DNA of 64,000 nt from Clostridiales bacterium (GCA_015069325.1 SVIV01000003.1:11671-75670); one strand, 5' to 3'; positions 39,120 to 50,356 are shown, numbered from the stretch's first letter. Made by a program: numbers and translations. The notes: generated by a model from the letters alone, not told the origin.

Positions 39120-39549
39120 AAAAATCTCCTTGCTTAATATTATATAATAAATAAATTTCAAAGTCAAGTTTTTAAAAAAATGTGATTAAAAAATAGAATA
39201 AAAAAATAAATATTAACACAAAAAACAAATGCAAAAAATTAAAAATATACATAATTAATAAAAAATAATAAAAAATTAAATAAAAAAACCAAAAAACATA
39301 TTAAAAATGCAAAAAAAACAAATAAAAAATATTTTATTTTAATTTAAGTAAATATTTATCTCGCTTGAAAAAGGGGGTTGAAAATTATATGTCCATTTAT
39401 TTTAAAAACAAATGTAATTTTCTTGATTTTTTTAGTATTTTTATTGTATAATAAATATATATTAAATAAAAAATAATACTTTAATATAGTCGATAAAAAA
39501 TCAAAAATAATTATTTTGATTTAAAGGCGAAAATTATTAGGAGAAAAGT

Positions 39550-42500
39550 ATGATGAAAAAAATCTTGAAAAAATTTTATTTGATGGTTGCTCTCGTTCTG
39601 GCTGTTGGCGGAATCTTTTTGCTTATGCCAAGCAAGGTAACAGGAGAAGAAACGCTTGAACTTGATACTCCTGTTGCAAGTGCAGAAGAGACAATTGCAA
39701 GCGGAATCACGTGGGCAGAAAAAATGGCAACGGTGGCAACATCTTATAGCATTGAAGGAAGTGGCTCGTATGATTCTCCGTATTTGATTAAGACGGCATC
39801 TGACCTTGCATATATGGCATATATGGTAAATGAGGGGGCTTATGTTGAACAAGACGGATATGTTTTTGAACGCTTAACAAACTATTGGTCATTAGGGGCG
39901 AATATTGACTTGTCGGGTGCGATATGGACGCCAATTGGAATTTCTACTGGACATGATGCATTTAATGGCACATTTTATGGAAATGGATATACGATTTCAA
40001 ATATAACTATTACGGAAGAATCTCTGGTTTATGAAACGGATTCAATTGGTTTGTTTGGAAAATTGCATGGTGGAAATATTTATGATTTAAAGTTGGGTGG
40101 ATATTTTTATACTGATTTGTCAGATTCATACAATAAGGGGGTTTTAATTGGAAGCTCGTCCGATACTACTGTGTATTCAATTGTTTCAAATATTCGAGAT
40201 GAGATGGTTCGTGCTGGCGGTGTAGATATTAAAACAATAGGTGAAGTTGGTTATGGGAACAATATAAGGCTTTTCAAAAGCGCAAGCTTTGATGGTAAAA
40301 ATGCAGATTTATCCACTCAGGCAAAAGTAGATGCCTCTGTTACTGTTGGTAGTGGAACGCCTAAGGTGTATTATCTAGCAAGATATGTAATTCCAACATC
40401 GGGCAATGGTTCTAATGCAAAATTCTACTGGGTAGGGGAGAGTTCTCACAGGCAAACAGGCTATGTGTTAAATGGTAATATGATTTTAAATATTCCTGTT
40501 TCGTATGATAGTTCAAATGGTTTTGACTTGACGGGATTTAGTAATAGATATTTTACACATGGACAGGATAACCAAAAATCCATTTGTTCTGATGACTTCA
40601 CGGCAGAAGGATTAAAGTCAAGGGCAAGTGCAAGTCAATACGATTTCTACGCAAGGTGTCCTGGTTATAACATTACGTTTGATGCTTTTGCAACACTCTC
40701 TTTTTCAGGGGGGTTAAATTTAAACGCAAACTTGCAAGCAGGAGGCGAGATTTCATTTACGATTGATTATGAGTATGGAACAGATTCTTGCACAGAAGCT
40801 GGTTGCAAATTAACAACTCGCCACATTCATCTAAGAGTGCCTTGTGAAACAAGATTTTCTGAAATAGACTCAAGTTTCTGGTCGGATAAAAAAGTTTTTG
40901 ACAGAGTTGGTTATACGTTGAATGCATTTGCAAATAAGAGTGGAACATCTCAATATTATACCGGTGAAAGACAGGACTATAATGATTTCCCTATTGCCGG
41001 AGAAACATATTATTTCCCATTACTTGCAAACGTAAACTATGCAAACTCAGGCGCATCATACATAAACTTTCTTATCTCGACTGAAGAAGGCGGAATCTTT
41101 GATGCGTATGAAGATGTCAAAGGTGCAGTTCAATCAGTAAATATTTATTCAGAAACTGACTATGAAGCAGGCCAGACAACGTCAGGGTATTCAGTGTCTG
41201 CTATTTCTCAGCATGTATCTTGTAAGTTTCCCTATGCAAGTTTAACTCATAAGTCGGGCAATAATTATATTGAAATTACTTTAACGCCAGGATATTGTTT
41301 GTCTACGAGACAAAATATTAATATGTCGTCAGATAAAGGGCAAGCGGTTTCATTGAAAGGATATGCTGCGGCAGGGATTTATCTTAATTATGGGATGCAT
41401 AGTGGAGTTGGTGATAATTATACTACCAATCATGTTAATAATGATGATTATGCCACAGTAGCTTTTGGAACGGCTTACAACAATTCAGCAAATTCTGTGT
41501 TGTATAAGGAAAGGGATAGTTCAGGTTCTTGGACTGTTGTTATGTTAATAAAAAATCAAATTGCAAATATCAATTTGCCTGGTGAAATAAATATTGTTCT
41601 TGAAAGGGAATTTGTTAAGGTTGATGTTACGCCTATTTGGGGTGGAGATATAAATTCTGCGCCAAGCGCAAGCTTTTCTTGTGACTATCAATGTGATGCT
41701 GCATATACTCAGTCTGGCGATCCAGAATTAGCGTATTTTTACTCGTCATTAAGTGGAAAGCATAATGTTAGTAGCTGGCAACAATCAAGAGGTTCATTTA
41801 ATAAGAATTCAAATGATGACAGATATAAATATTTAACATCAGATGTATATGTTTATGTCCGTTATAATGAACCTATTGAAATTACGTTTACGCCAGGCGG
41901 AAACTATTCAATTTCAGGGGTGGATACGAAGGTGCTAGATGGTTTTGCGGCTCAAAATTCTCATACATCAATTAGAATTTATCGCGATACGAATAAAAAT
42001 ATGGTTGTTTATAATTCGCTTACTAAGGAATTTTATTCACAATATATCAATCCAGTAGTAGTTGCTTCAGACTCTACAGTAAACGTTAAGTATATGTTGG
42101 AAGATGAAAAAACGTCTGTTGAAAACACAGATTTAACAACTCCAACTAGCAATTTTTATGGAATTTTAGCAAATATAAACGGAACAGATACCACAAACAA
42201 TGCCGGGACTGAAGTCAGTGCGACAAGCGCGGGAAAATTTATTGCTACAAACAACAGTAAATATAGAATTAAAACAGTAAAGATTTATAAAAACAAAAAT
42301 AAAACAGGGGCTAGTGATACACGTTTAACAGAAGATGAGTTAAAGTGCACTTTAGACCTTGCACAAAATGGAGTTACTCAGCCAACTGAAGCGGATTTGA
42401 CTTGCATTACAGATTACTCTGACGGAACAAACATCAACTACTTTATTGAAATTATTTTAGAAAAAGTAAAGTATAAAGTAGAAATAATAAATGTAGATTA

Positions 42501-45500
42501 TGGGAATAATACTCCTGAAAATGGTAAGAAGTTGTTTTTGCAAGAGCCTGGTATTTCTATAAATAAAGGGACTTTGGCGTTGGAACAATGGGCTACTTGG
42601 GATTCAAATTTTCAAGTTGCGTGGGCATTAAGTTCAGATGGATATAAGGTCATGGCATTTGACACTTCTTCGTCTTTTACTGGGGGAAATCTTGAATTGA
42701 AAGACGGGGAGATTCATACTAGTAAAGAATATACTGTTGGCACGCAAAATATAGAAGTTGATCTTAAATTTAAAAGCAAAATAATAACATTAAAAATCAA
42801 TACACTTTCAAATGGCGAAAGCGCAAATACAGGCATTAATCAAACATTGACTTTAATTTATGATGGAAGTAAAATTGCAATTAAAGAGACTAGTTTAAAT
42901 TCAATCACAATTTCAAGCGCGTATGCTTTGACGGGTTGGGATTTAAATGGCGCTAAAATAACAAGTGCATATAACGATTTACTTACAAATTCAACATTTA
43001 TTGATAGTATCGTTTCTGCAATTAATACTGACAACAAAACAGAATTTACTAATGTTAAGGCTGTTGTTGAAGAAAGAAACGTGCAAGTTGTGTTTTATGC
43101 AGGAGAGGCTGGCGATGGATGTTTGTATAAGAGTGATCAAAATACTGTTATTTCCGACAACTGTGCGACTTGGAAAGGTAGTGGGTATACCTATTCTAAA
43201 CTAACAAGTGGCTTAAATCTAGATGATTTTAATAATTGGTATTACAATCTTGGTCATACATTTAAGCAATGGACGAAGCATCCAAGCGGTAGTGTAGGCA
43301 CTATTAGTAACAATAAATTGACTCTTACTCTTAGTGAATTTGCGCGTTGCTTTGGTGTCAATTCAGAGTATCAAGCAAGAACAGCTTTTGAAGTAAAGGA
43401 AGCTGGTGAAGACTTTTTTATCGGGACAAAAGGAGTTCACTTAACCGCTCAATGGCAAAAGATTTCTTATTATGTTTCAGTTGACGGTCAAACTGCACAG
43501 GCAAAAATTCAAATTGGTGACACATTGACTGCTACATATGACGGCAATAAAAATGCACAAATCTCATATAAGTTTGGATCAAATACTATTAATGGTAAAT
43601 CTTATACTGGCTCTGTAGCGGAAGGGTTTACTATTACAAAAACAGATGGGGGCGATAGTCAACCATATGCGTTTGCTACAAATAAAATTGAAGTTGCAAT
43701 GGATTTAGATTTTATTAAAAAGTTTGTTGCAAGCGATTATTACTTCGGTTCAAATTCAACAACTAATCCTATAAAAATCGATATTCAACGCGATTCTGCA
43801 GAATATACTTTGACTATTGCAGAAGACGACAATGATTACTATTCAGTTTCAGGCACTAAAACATTTACTGAAAAAGTTGGTAGCAATTTTACAAATCTAA
43901 AGCAAGCACTTGATGACGAGTCTTTGGTGCTTACAAGAAAATACTTCACTCTTACAGGATTTAGTTATGAAGGCAAAAGTTTTACCGTAAATGAAAGTGG
44001 CGGAGTGTGGACAATCAATGACACATTCCAAGCAACAAAAGATGTTACACTGACTCCTATTTGGAAACTTAACGATGATTTGTCAGAAATGTTTGATATT
44101 ACCTTTATTAATGGAGCAAATTCTGGAATAGAGTATCGTTTGGGGACTGATCACGACTTTATTAAAGGTTGTGTAAAAGATTCAGCTCTTTCAACTTCTG
44201 ATTTATCGCAAAATTTAATCTTGAAAAATGGGCTTAAGGTAACAAGCTTCTCATATTATTTAAATGGAAATTCAATTTCCACAAATAATGTTAACTTTAG
44301 CACGCAATCGTTTACAACAGCAGGCAAAAATTCAATTCAACTTAAAGTAACTGTTGAAGACACATTAAATACAGCTACAACAAAAGTAGTTGAAAATAGC
44401 ATTGAAGTTAATGTTGTCCAAAATGAACTTACATTCTCGGTTGATGGTAATTATGCATTTGATGCTGTTTATACGGGCACAAGTGAAATTTTGTTAGCAG
44501 ACTGGGACAAAACTTGGACAAACCAAATTTATGTGGACATTAAATATGATTGGAAGGGAGAAGACGTATCTCGCACTTGGGGCGAAAGTTATGGCTTAAA
44601 GAATTATTGCACAGCATATTCTGTTGCGGGAAGTGATTTTAATGTTGGAATTAAAGATTTAAGTGTTACAATTGGGCAAGGAACAATTTATTATCAGGGG
44701 CAAACAGACGAAGAAATTAATACTTCTGATTTTGGAACATTTTTCTCAAACGCGAATGCAACAATTCCAAGTGCAGTAAATATTGTTAAGAAAAATTTTG
44801 AAATTGCTGTAGATTTAAAAACTACTTATGACGATACGGTTTCTTATTACACTTTTGGTGCTGGAAGCGGAACATTTACAAGTGGAAAATTCAGTTATTC
44901 TTATGACAGCATAATTTTCAATAAAACAGAATCAGGCACTTATGCTTATGACGCTTTAAGCGTAACGGGAGTAGTTAAGTTTGTAAATCTTAAGGTAACT
45001 GATTCACAAAACAACACATTTGTTGTAACTGATGCAAATGGAGATTTGCAAGAGACAAACTTTACTTATTCGATTGCACAAAACAGCAAAATTGAAATTG
45101 GAAAGTTTTCTGCAATTTATTTTAAAGTAGTAGGAACGGCAACATATGTGTATAATGGTCTTGCAGTCGACAAGGCTGAAGTAACATATTCAGCTTCAGA
45201 CAGTAAGTATTATATTGAATTCTTTAATGATAAAACTTCTCTTGTAAAGGTAGAAGCAAATGTATATTACAAAGTTGGCGGACTAGAGACAGCGTTTGCC
45301 GATGAAGAAAGACAAACCTATCTTGATGGAATTAATGATTCATTCAATTTTGATGGTTTTAATAAAAATGTAGGCACTTATACATTCTCTATTGACAACT
45401 TTAATATTGACGGGCAAACTGATGCAATCGCGGTTAACATTGAAAATGGAAGTGGAAGTGTTGAAGTTACGCCAAAAGTGGTTGAAATTACCTCAATTAC

Positions 45501-48500
45501 AAAAGTGTTTGATGGAAAAACTTCCTTTGATAGCAACATTGCTACTCATTCAGTTATGATGACTGAATTAGTTGGTAATGATTCGATTGTCATTAAAGGA
45601 GAGTTTGCCGATAAAACGGTTGGGTCTCATTCTATAACAATTTGGATTGATAGTGCTTCTAATCCATTCGGGAATTATACTCTTGCAGGATGCGATGATA
45701 CTGATGATAGGTTTACAGCAACAGGAACTATCACCGCACTTACAGGGCAAGAAGTTCAAGCAAATAAATCATTAGAATATACCTATGGCGAAATTGTAAG
45801 TGGTGCACAATCATCTGAACTTGTCGCAAAATTTAATGTAAGATTCACAGTTGGCGGAAATTCAATCGATGAATATATCACCAAAAACAAAACAAGTCTT
45901 ACAATTAAGGATGCTGACTATTCAACAGGTGGATATCTTAAGGCGAACACGAACCCATATACAGTTGTTTATAAAATCACTTGTCCAGAATATGGTTTCA
46001 CAGACAAAGAAGTTGAAGTAAAACTTACTATCAACAAATTAACAATTACAGTTGAAGGAAGTGGAATTGAAAAAACTTATGACGGAAAAGCAGAAATTCC
46101 AGGGACAGTTATTGGCGAATTCGTAAATCAAGAAAGTGGACATTTTACTTCTGAAGAGATTTTACCTCGCGATGTGGTGTCAATTGCATCGGGGATTTAT
46201 TCAGATGCAAATGTAGGCGAAGGCAAAACAATTACTGTTGACTTTGATGGTGACGACGCAGGCAACTATAACATTCTTTCGAGTGTAAGCGGAACTATCA
46301 CTGCAAGAGAATTTACTATCATTATGTCAGTAGAAGAGCCAAACAAGCAATCACATACTTTTAATTTTGATTATATCAACACAGAAGCAAGTGCGGAATT
46401 AACTGCAATGGGCACTCCAATAAAAGACGGTTATGCATTCGCAGGTTGGACACTTGATGAAGAAGGAATAAATCCTTTTAAGGCGTCAAACTTTAAAGAG
46501 ATTGTTAATAATAAAATCATAGCAGGAGAATATACTCTTACAATTTATCCTGTTTGGACTGAAAGTGATTTCACACTGAAAGTAATCATTGACGGTGTAA
46601 CTGTTAAGAATGGCGGAACAGCACTTTCTAGTGGAGACGAATTAACAATTTCAGTTACAGATATATTAGTCCTTGATATTGAAACTTCAGTAGGTTATGC
46701 GTTTGTTGTAACAACTGATGGCGATTTCAGTGGAAACTTAAACGAAGTAATCACTTCAAAAGCAGGGACAATTACAATTTCAAATGTATTTGCAGATGAA
46801 GAAATTACTATTGCAAAAATTGAAAGAGAATATAATTTTGAATTAGGAATAAAACAAGGGCAAGAAGATGCCGCGACAATTCCTTCAGACGTTAAATATC
46901 AAACAGTTAAGATTGGATATGCTTTATCTTTAAGTCAAACTTTAAAGAGTGATGAATGGGTGTTAGTTGGTTGGTATTGTGAAATAAACGGCACTGAAAA
47001 ACTGTTTGCCGATGCGTCAACAAATTCGGTTGATGTAAACATTGATTTAAAAGATTTGCTTGAGCAATCAGAAATTGCCGAAGATGCTGGCGATGATTCA
47101 ACAATTTACATTTATGCTGTTTATGACGACACTATGGTTTCTTGCACTGCGTTATTAACAAATGGTTCTCCTATTGGCAACACTATTCTTAGTCAAGACG
47201 GAATTTCTACTGTAATTATTGAAAATGGTGTAAGCAAAAATGTAGCTCTTTATAAAGGCAAGGAAGTTGAAATTGATATCTTGTCTAATAATTTAGGTTA
47301 TTCATTAGATTCTGTTGTTATTAAAAATAAGGACGGTCAAGAAGTTGCTCTTGAAGAAGTGAATTATAGCTATGATTCAGAAAATGGAATTATCAAATTT
47401 GTTGCTTCAGCGCAAACTAGACAAATTGCCATTAATCTTAAAACCGTTGAACACGATATCATTGTTCGTGCAGGGGTTAACATTGATGGTGCAATTCAAA
47501 TCCCTTCGGGAATAGGTGGTAAGGTTTATTTGGCAACAGAAAATGGTGCAAAAATTACTGATCCAAACGAATATTATACTATTACAAAAGAAGGAATAGA
47601 TTATGTCCTTAAAGCAAGAACGGGCGAAACTCTTTACTTTGTGCTTGAAGGTAATTTAGGATATGGCTCAAATTTGAGCGCGTCAGGTGCAAGTGTAGGT
47701 TCTGAAAACAAAATATATGATGGCAAAACAGTTCAAGTGTGGAGAGTGTCAAACTTCACTTCTAGTGTAAATATTAATGCAACATTTGCAGCAAAAACAC
47801 ACGAAGTTGTTGTTTCTCTTGTGAAAGACATAGACTCATTTAGCAAAGAAGACGGTGGCGTTATTGCAATCGAAGAAAGCGATGGCGTATATGCAAGCAT
47901 TAATAATCAATATGCAGGTCGTGCAAAAGTTGTTTATGGAAGCGATTTGAGCATAATTGCTAAATCAAAATTAGGTTATACTCTTTATAATCAATCAACA
48001 AATAATAAAGTTGTTTATTTTGTAAAGAGCGAAACCGATGCAAATTGGACTCGCTTTGAAATTACAGGAAGTGAAGATACTTGGATTTCAACAGGTTTTA
48101 GTCAAAAGGCAAACATTACGCTGAATAGTGTAACAAGCAATATGACTATTTATGTATTAGTTGTTCCAAACACATATAATGTTCGTTTTGTAAATCGTGC
48201 AGGCAAAAACGAAGTAGAATTAGGAGAAATTACTGTAACTTACAATACAAACCTTAATCTTGCTCAACTTGACAACGTTACACGCAATGCTATTCTTAAT
48301 CCTGACGCTCCAGAAAGATATTATTCATTTGATGGATATTATACACAAGAGCTTAGACACGGAAATCAATATCTTGATAAAGATGGGGTGCCTAAGATGG
48401 CTTGGAAAGACTCTGGTTATTACTTTGATGGCGCACAATATATGACACAATCTAATTACAATTCTACAACAAATACATTTACTCTTTATACAGGTTGGGA

Positions 48501-50250
48501 TTTTATCAAGGCGAAACTTACAGTTGATTTTGTGCCAGATAAAAAGATTGTTGCCAGCAAAGCAGATCATATTCGTGATATTATTCTTAACGATGATACA
48601 GATAATGTAACAGATGAAGAAAAAGTCATTGTGTGGACAACGCAATACGATGCTTGGTATGGTGAAGTTTATTTTGGTTCTGTATTAAACATCAATGCGC
48701 CTGAAATTGAAAATTATGAGTTTAAACATATAATTCTTTATTATAGAGTAGATGCCTTTAATGAATTTGCAAAAGTTAAAGACTACTCATCGGCAAATGT
48801 TACCCTTGACTCTTTACAACAAGGAGAATACAAGTTGCAATTTGTTTATTATCCTAAATTCACAATGGAAGTTGAAAATCTTGATAGCACAGAAAAAACT
48901 GGCGGAACTAGCTGGCTTGAACAAAAAGGTGCAAAGATTACAAATGCTTTTGATTCAAGGCTTATCATCACTTTAAAAGCAGAAGCCAATGAAGGATATG
49001 AGTTTAGAGGTTGGAAGTATAAAGGATCTGACACAATCAGCTTCTTCGGAAGTGAAGGTGAAGACGGAATATTTACGTATACTTTTGCGGATTTCATTAC
49101 TAATCCACTTGATTTGGTTGCTGTTTTTGAAGGTAAGGCAGTTGTTATCAATATTGACAGTATTGATCTTGCACGCGTGCACGATATTATTTCAATAACA
49201 ACAAATGGGAAAGCAGTAAACAATAATTCATCTTCATTTAACTCAAGAATAGGAGATGAAATTGTAATTACTATTAGAAAAGGTCAAGGCTATACTTTTG
49301 AAATGTTTGGCGGCAATTTTGGCTGGACAATAGATGCTTCAGGAAATTATGTATTTAAGTATGTTGTTGCACTTGACGGGGTTGTGGCAACAGAAGAATC
49401 ATATGAAATGGACATCTCATTTAAAGTGGAACCAGAAAAAATCAATCTTACAATAGGCAAATACCTTATCGATGAAGGTGGAAGTGATATTCAAAATGAA
49501 AGAAATATCATAGGTTCTATTGCATTTATTGATGCTAAAGGCAAAAAGGTGATTATTGAAGATAGTCAAACAGTAATTATTTTATATGGTCAAACAGTAA
49601 GTTTTCAGTTTATGGAAGGACAATATTATCAAGTGAAAGCTCTTTGGCTTACGGCTGGCAATAATGAGTCTATCAATTTATTCAATTATGTAAACGGAAA
49701 TACATTTGATCTTACTGCTGGAATAATAGCAAACTACTTTGATAAATCAATGAGCATTAGAGTTGATTTTGAACGTAAAACTTGGTATGATTCACAATCA
49801 AGTATATTGCCAGGAATGGGCACAAAAGAAAATCCTTTCATCATTTCTTCTGCTCAAGATATGGCATTTGTGTGTTATTATATTAACAATGGGAAAACTT
49901 TAGGGGCAGGCAAAGCAAGTCAGGCATATTATAAAGTTGTCAACTCTATTGATTTTTCTGGTAGATATTGGATTCCTATTGGGACTAAAACAAATCCTTT
50001 TGAAGGCCATTTTGATTTAGGATCAAACTTATTTACTAATGTAGTATATTGTTATGAATATGACAATCCAACAACTTCCTATAGCGGGCTTTTCTGGATA
50101 GTTTCAACTAAAGCGGTAATTATTCAGGGCGCGGGATCGTGGATTGTTTGGGTTGCAGCTATTTCTGCTGTTTTACTTATTACAGCTGTGATACTTGCAA
50201 TCGCAATTTACAGATTAAAACGTAAAGAAAAATATAACAGTTATCTATAG
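39550..50250 (+). CDS. Giant (3566 aa) repeat-rich surface protein with an N-terminal signal peptide and a C-terminal TM anchor
   Basis: Signal-like MMKKILKKFYLMVALVLAVGGIFLL. Several G(Y/F)xFxGW Listeria/Bacteroides-type repeats (GYAFAGWTLDEEG, GYEFRGWKYKG, YALTGWDLNG). YDG/MBG-like units (KVFDGKTSFD..., KTYDGKAEIP...GNYNIL...GTITA). Ends in WIVWVAAISAVLLITAVILAIAIY-RLKRKEK. AGGAG SD present. Confidence 0.85.
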   Translation: MMKKILKKFYLMVALVLAVGGIFLLMPSKVTGEETLELDTPVASAEETIASGITWAEKMATVATSYSIEGSGSYDSPYLIKTASDLAYMAYMVNEGAYVEQDGYVFERLTNYWSLGANIDLSGAIWTPIGISTGHDAFNGTFYGNGYTISNITITEESLVYETDSIGLFGKLHGGNIYDLKLGGYFYTDLSDSYNKGVLIGSSSDTTVYSIVSNIRDEMVRAGGVDIKTIGEVGYGNNIRLFKSASFDGKNADLSTQAKVDASVTVGSGTPKVYYLARYVIPTSGNGSNAKFYWVGESSHRQTGYVLNGNMILNIPVSYDSSNGFDLTGFSNRYFTHGQDNQKSICSDDFTAEGLKSRASASQYDFYARCPGYNITFDAFATLSFSGGLNLNANLQAGGEISFTIDYEYGTDSCTEAGCKLTTRHIHLRVPCETRFSEIDSSFWSDKKVFDRVGYTLNAFANKSGTSQYYTGERQDYNDFPIAGETYYFPLLANVNYANSGASYINFLISTEEGGIFDAYEDVKGAVQSVNIYSETDYEAGQTTSGYSVSAISQHVSCKFPYASLTHKSGNNYIEITLTPGYCLSTRQNINMSSDKGQAVSLKGYAAAGIYLNYGMHSGVGDNYTTNHVNNDDYATVAFGTAYNNSANSVLYKERDSSGSWTVVMLIKNQIANINLPGEINIVLEREFVKVDVTPIWGGDINSAPSASFSCDYQCDAAYTQSGDPELAYFYSSLSGKHNVSSWQQSRGSFNKNSNDDRYKYLTSDVYVYVRYNEPIEITFTPGGNYSISGVDTKVLDGFAAQNSHTSIRIYRDTNKNMVVYNSLTKEFYSQYINPVVVASDSTVNVKYMLEDEKTSVENTDLTTPTSNFYGILANINGTDTTNNAGTEVSATSAGKFIATNNSKYRIKTVKIYKNKNKTGASDTRLTEDELKCTLDLAQNGVTQPTEADLTCITDYSDGTNINYFIEIILEKVKYKVEIINVDYGNNTPENGKKLFLQEPGISINKGTLALEQWATWDSNFQVAWALSSDGYKVMAFDTSSSFTGGNLELKDGEIHTSKEYTVGTQNIEVDLKFKSKIITLKINTLSNGESANTGINQTLTLIYDGSKIAIKETSLNSITISSAYALTGWDLNGAKITSAYNDLLTNSTFIDSIVSAINTDNKTEFTNVKAVVEERNVQVVFYAGEAGDGCLYKSDQNTVISDNCATWKGSGYTYSKLTSGLNLDDFNNWYYNLGHTFKQWTKHPSGSVGTISNNKLTLTLSEFARCFGVNSEYQARTAFEVKEAGEDFFIGTKGVHLTAQWQKISYYVSVDGQTAQAKIQIGDTLTATYDGNKNAQISYKFGSNTINGKSYTGSVAEGFTITKTDGGDSQPYAFATNKIEVAMDLDFIKKFVASDYYFGSNSTTNPIKIDIQRDSAEYTLTIAEDDNDYYSVSGTKTFTEKVGSNFTNLKQALDDESLVLTRKYFTLTGFSYEGKSFTVNESGGVWTINDTFQATKDVTLTPIWKLNDDLSEMFDITFINGANSGIEYRLGTDHDFIKGCVKDSALSTSDLSQNLILKNGLKVTSFSYYLNGNSISTNNVNFSTQSFTTAGKNSIQLKVTVEDTLNTATTKVVENSIEVNVVQNELTFSVDGNYAFDAVYTGTSEILLADWDKTWTNQIYVDIKYDWKGEDVSRTWGESYGLKNYCTAYSVAGSDFNVGIKDLSVTIGQGTIYYQGQTDEEINTSDFGTFFSNANATIPSAVNIVKKNFEIAVDLKTTYDDTVSYYTFGAGSGTFTSGKFSYSYDSIIFNKTESGTYAYDALSVTGVVKFVNLKVTDSQNNTFVVTDANGDLQETNFTYSIAQNSKIEIGKFSAIYFKVVGTATYVYNGLAVDKAEVTYSASDSKYYIEFFNDKTSLVKVEANVYYKVGGLETAFADEERQTYLDGINDSFNFDGFNKNVGTYTFSIDNFNIDGQTDAIAVNIENGSGSVEVTPKVVEITSITKVFDGKTSFDSNIATHSVMMTELVGNDSIVIKGEFADKTVGSHSITIWIDSASNPFGNYTLAGCDDTDDRFTATGTITALTGQEVQANKSLEYTYGEIVSGAQSSELVAKFNVRFTVGGNSIDEYITKNKTSLTIKDADYSTGGYLKANTNPYTVVYKITCPEYGFTDKEVEVKLTINKLTITVEGSGIEKTYDGKAEIPGTVIGEFVNQESGHFTSEEILPRDVVSIASGIYSDANVGEGKTITVDFDGDDAGNYNILSSVSGTITAREFTIIMSVEEPNKQSHTFNFDYINTEASAELTAMGTPIKDGYAFAGWTLDEEGINPFKASNFKEIVNNKIIAGEYTLTIYPVWTESDFTLKVIIDGVTVKNGGTALSSGDELTISVTDILVLDIETSVGYAFVVTTDGDFSGNLNEVITSKAGTITISNVFADEEITIAKIEREYNFELGIKQGQEDAATIPSDVKYQTVKIGYALSLSQTLKSDEWVLVGWYCEINGTEKLFADASTNSVDVNIDLKDLLEQSEIAEDAGDDSTIYIYAVYDDTMVSCTALLTNGSPIGNTILSQDGISTVIIENGVSKNVALYKGKEVEIDILSNNLGYSLDSVVIKNKDGQEVALEEVNYSYDSENGIIKFVASAQTRQIAINLKTVEHDIIVRAGVNIDGAIQIPSGIGGKVYLATENGAKITDPNEYYTITKEGIDYVLKARTGETLYFVLEGNLGYGSNLSASGASVGSENKIYDGKTVQVWRVSNFTSSVNINATFAAKTHEVVVSLVKDIDSFSKEDGGVIAIEESDGVYASINNQYAGRAKVVYGSDLSIIAKSKLGYTLYNQSTNNKVVYFVKSETDANWTRFEITGSEDTWISTGFSQKANITLNSVTSNMTIYVLVVPNTYNVRFVNRAGKNEVELGEITVTYNTNLNLAQLDNVTRNAILNPDAPERYYSFDGYYTQELRHGNQYLDKDGVPKMAWKDSGYYFDGAQYMTQSNYNSTTNTFTLYTGWDFIKAKLTVDFVPDKKIVASKADHIRDIILNDDTDNVTDEEKVIVWTTQYDAWYGEVYFGSVLNINAPEIENYEFKHIILYYRVDAFNEFAKVKDYSSANVTLDSLQQGEYKLQFVYYPKFTMEVENLDSTEKTGGTSWLEQKGAKITNAFDSRLIITLKAEANEGYEFRGWKYKGSDTISFFGSEGEDGIFTYTFADFITNPLDLVAVFEGKAVVINIDSIDLARVHDIISITTNGKAVNNNSSSFNSRIGDEIVITIRKGQGYTFEMFGGNFGWTIDASGNYVFKYVVALDGVVATEESYEMDISFKVEPEKINLTIGKYLIDEGGSDIQNERNIIGSIAFIDAKGKKVIIEDSQTVIILYGQTVSFQFMEGQYYQVKALWLTAGNNESINLFNYVNGNTFDLTAGIIANYFDKSMSIRVDFERKTWYDSQSSILPGMGTKENPFIISSAQDMAFVCYYINNGKTLGAGKASQAYYKVVNSIDFSGRYWIPIGTKTNPFEGHFDLGSNLFTNVVYCYEYDNPTTSYSGLFWIVSTKAVIIQGAGSWIVWVAAISAVLLITAVILAIAIYRLKRKEKYNSYL

Positions 50251-50282
50251 AAAAAATCTCGGATTATTCCGAGATTTTTTGT
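50251..50282 (+). terminator. Rho-independent terminator after the giant gene
   Basis: ATCTCGGA (50256-50263) pairs with TCCGAGAT (50268-50275), followed by TTTTTT. Confidence 0.75.
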
Positions 50283-50356
50283 TTAAAATATATTTAATCA
50301 ATTTGTTTTTTGATGAAGTTTTTGTTATACTAAATTATGTATAAAAAGGAGAAAGA

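Noticed and set aside
39511-39852. 113-aa minus-strand ORF rich in Cys/His (CHICKVRCRL...CCHRCHFFCPRDSACNCLFCTC) that looks like a zinc-finger protein
   Set aside because: It is antisense to the SD, start and signal peptide of the giant gene and has no SD of its own. The Cys/His richness is a frame shadow of the GC-poor sense codons. I treat it as non-coding.
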